From NCBI GenBank assembly GCA_016215315.1, contig JACRKG010000040.1, forward strand, positions 3,128 to 67,127: a stretch of DNA of 64,000 bases, written 5' to 3'. The notes beneath the pieces were generated by a model. It was not told the origin of the DNA. It did no database searches and was given only the letters and a program-made list of their open reading frames with translations. Position 1 is the stretch's first letter, and each line of letters begins with the position of its first letter. Below are positions 62,614 to 64,000 of the stretch, in pieces. Source of the stretch: Candidatus Woesearchaeota archaeon. Its GTDB lineage: Archaea; Nanobdellota; Nanobdellia; Woesearchaeales; ARS49. A program made the translations under genes and the position numbers.

Positions 62614-62644
62614 TTTATAGTTTGTGGTTCATGGTTTGTAGTTT
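62611..62644 (+). repeat. Heptamer tandem repeat, dispersed family copy
   Basis: TAGTTTATAGTTTGTGGTTCATGGTTTGTAG starting at a TAG stop. Confidence 0.7.
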
Positions 62645-62666
62645 TTTGAAAGGAGAGGTAAATAAA

Positions 62667-63161
62667 ATGAAAGAAAAAGAGAAAGAACAAATTATGACGT
62701 CAATTAAACATATTTTGGAACAAAATATGCTATTAACTTTGTCAACTCTCGATAAAAAGAACAATCAACCTTGTTCTTCAACCGCTTACTACGTTTTTGA
62801 CAATGATCTTAATTTGTACTTCTGGACTAGCTCTAATGCTATTCATTCAAAGAATATTAAACAAAATCCTAAAGTTGCAGTAAACATTTTTGATTCATCC
62901 CAAAAATGGGGTACTTTGCTTAAAGGATTGCAAATGTTTGGCAAATGCAGACCCGTCAATAATAAAGAGTTGCTGTTTGGCGGAGCTCTTTACTTGAAAA
63001 GATTTCCTAAAGTAATTCAATTTGTTAAGAAGATTTTCGATTTCAATTCAAAAAAGTTAGAAACAAAAATGTACAAAATCACTATCAATAAAATAAAGGT
63101 TTTTGATGAAAAAGTGTTTGGAAAGGAGGAGTTTAGGGAAATAATCATAAACAATGGTTGA
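62667..63161 (+). CDS. Pyridoxamine 5'-phosphate oxidase-like FMN-binding protein (YhbP-like)
   Basis: LTLST, FWTSSNAIHSKNIKQNPKVAVNI, GLQMFG; GAGGT SD before ATG 62667. Confidence 0.8.
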   Translation: MKEKEKEQIMTSIKHILEQNMLLTLSTLDKKNNQPCSSTAYYVFDNDLNLYFWTSSNAIHSKNIKQNPKVAVNIFDSSQKWGTLLKGLQMFGKCRPVNNKELLFGGALYLKRFPKVIQFVKKIFDFNSKKLETKMYKITINKIKVFDEKVFGKEEFREIIINNG

Positions 63162-63297
63162 GTATTAATACTAAAAAAGAGTTTTTTAGCTCTCACAGTA
63201 AAGACTTTAAGAAGTGGTTTATGAAACGTATTTCTGAAAAATCTCAAAATATTTAATTCAAGAATTTATGGCAATTATTGTGAAATTTAAGCTTTAT

Positions 63298-63735
63298 TTA
63301 CAACAATCTCCATCTTCTTTTTCCTTTGTAAGAATATTCTTGTGCTTTTCCTTGTTCAACTAGTTTTTCCCAAACTCTTATTGCTTCATTGTTATTACAA
63401 GTTCCTGAATGCAAAGGAGTTCCATAATTAAATATGTAATACTCGTTAGCGAAGTTTACTAACTTACCTGCAATCTTTCTACCACGGTGTTCTTCGTTTA
63501 CGCTCATAAAAAACAAATAAGGTCTAGGTCTAGAAGGATTAAAATCATGATCTGTAAAGAAAGGATCTTTTAGTTCTGTTTCATTTGGTCTGATAAATCT
63601 ATCAACAACAACATATCCAATTTCTTCATTATCAATGAGTGCTTTGAATACTGTCTCTTCAACTCTATTAACATATTCTTCAGTCATTTTTGGCTTTCTT
63701 TGTTGTACAATGAATTCTAATTTTTTAAACATCAT
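63298..63735 (-). CDS. GNAT family acetyltransferase
   Basis: MSVNEEHRGRKIAGKLV, NNEAIRVWEKL. Confidence 0.78.
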   Translation of the reverse strand: MMFKKLEFIVQQRKPKMTEEYVNRVEETVFKALIDNEEIGYVVVDRFIRPNETELKDPFFTDHDFNPSRPRPYLFFMSVNEEHRGRKIAGKLVNFANEYYIFNYGTPLHSGTCNNNEAIRVWEKLVEQGKAQEYSYKGKRRWRLL

Positions 63736-63754
63736 TTTAACCTCGATTAAATCA

Positions 63755-64000
63755 TTAATTAATAACAGCTCCTTTTCCAGAATTGTTATCGTATAATTTT
63801 CTCAATCCTTTTCCTTCCATGATTGCTAAGAATGCTTCTTCTTGATCAATACGTCCTTTTCTTACTTCTTCTAAAAGTTTTGGTATGTGTTGATTGAGTT
63901 GTATTCCTGCAATTACAAATTCCATTATATGGATTGCAGCATTCTTTTTTCCTTCATTTATTGCAAGATGAACATCTTCTTGGTCTAGAAGTCCTGAATC
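63755..64000 (-). CDS. 5'-truncated hypothetical protein with an internal repeat
   Basis: Frame open at the window edge; GLLDQEDVHLAINEGK versus GRIDQEEAFLAIMEGK. Confidence 0.55.
   Translation of the reverse strand, partial: DSGLLDQEDVHLAINEGKKNAAIHIMEFVIAGIQLNQHIPKLLEEVRKGRIDQEEAFLAIMEGKGLRKLYDNNSGKGAVIN

Noticed and set aside
63155-63256. Possible NUDIX C-terminal remnant (WLSINTKKEFF...FKKWF)
   Set aside because: No start codon and no Nudix box; the resemblance is too weak
1-64000. Prophage, IS transposase, rRNA
   Set aside because: No integrase, terminase, capsid, DDE/HUH transposase or rRNA signatures were recognised

Overview
AT-rich (roughly 30% GC by eye) archaeal chromosomal segment. 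The marker genes (rpl21e, rpo4, rpl31e, rpl39e, rps19e, archaeal SepF, deoxyhypusine synthase), TATA-type promoters and many orphan or secreted genes point to a DPANN archaeon, probably Woesearchaeota-like (inference). It carries a 5,324-aa giant secreted protein with Cys-rich repeats, helical/HEAT-like repeats, two Cys-His-Asp transglutaminase-like domains and a C-terminal HEEGH metallopeptidase-like domain. Also present: housekeeping and SAM-related enzymes (gpmI, dys, speD, prs, ahcY, udg, leucine-type dehydrogenase, CoaBC-like), several toxin-antitoxin modules, an HD-GYP protein, a free-standing LAGLIDADG gene and a dispersed 7-nt repeat family. The strongest novel signal is at 47474-51243: a Ro60/TROVE gene preceded by a ~315-nt array of four stem-loop units in two alternating sequence classes, one with a perfect tRNA T-arm (YrlA-like Y RNA). 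The array is transcribed divergently from a tandem Lrp regulator, and an MNT gene with a collapsed HEPN remnant lies downstream on the opposite strand. No rRNA, canonical tRNA or CRISPR array was found. All product calls come from motif recognition by eye; no database searches were run.
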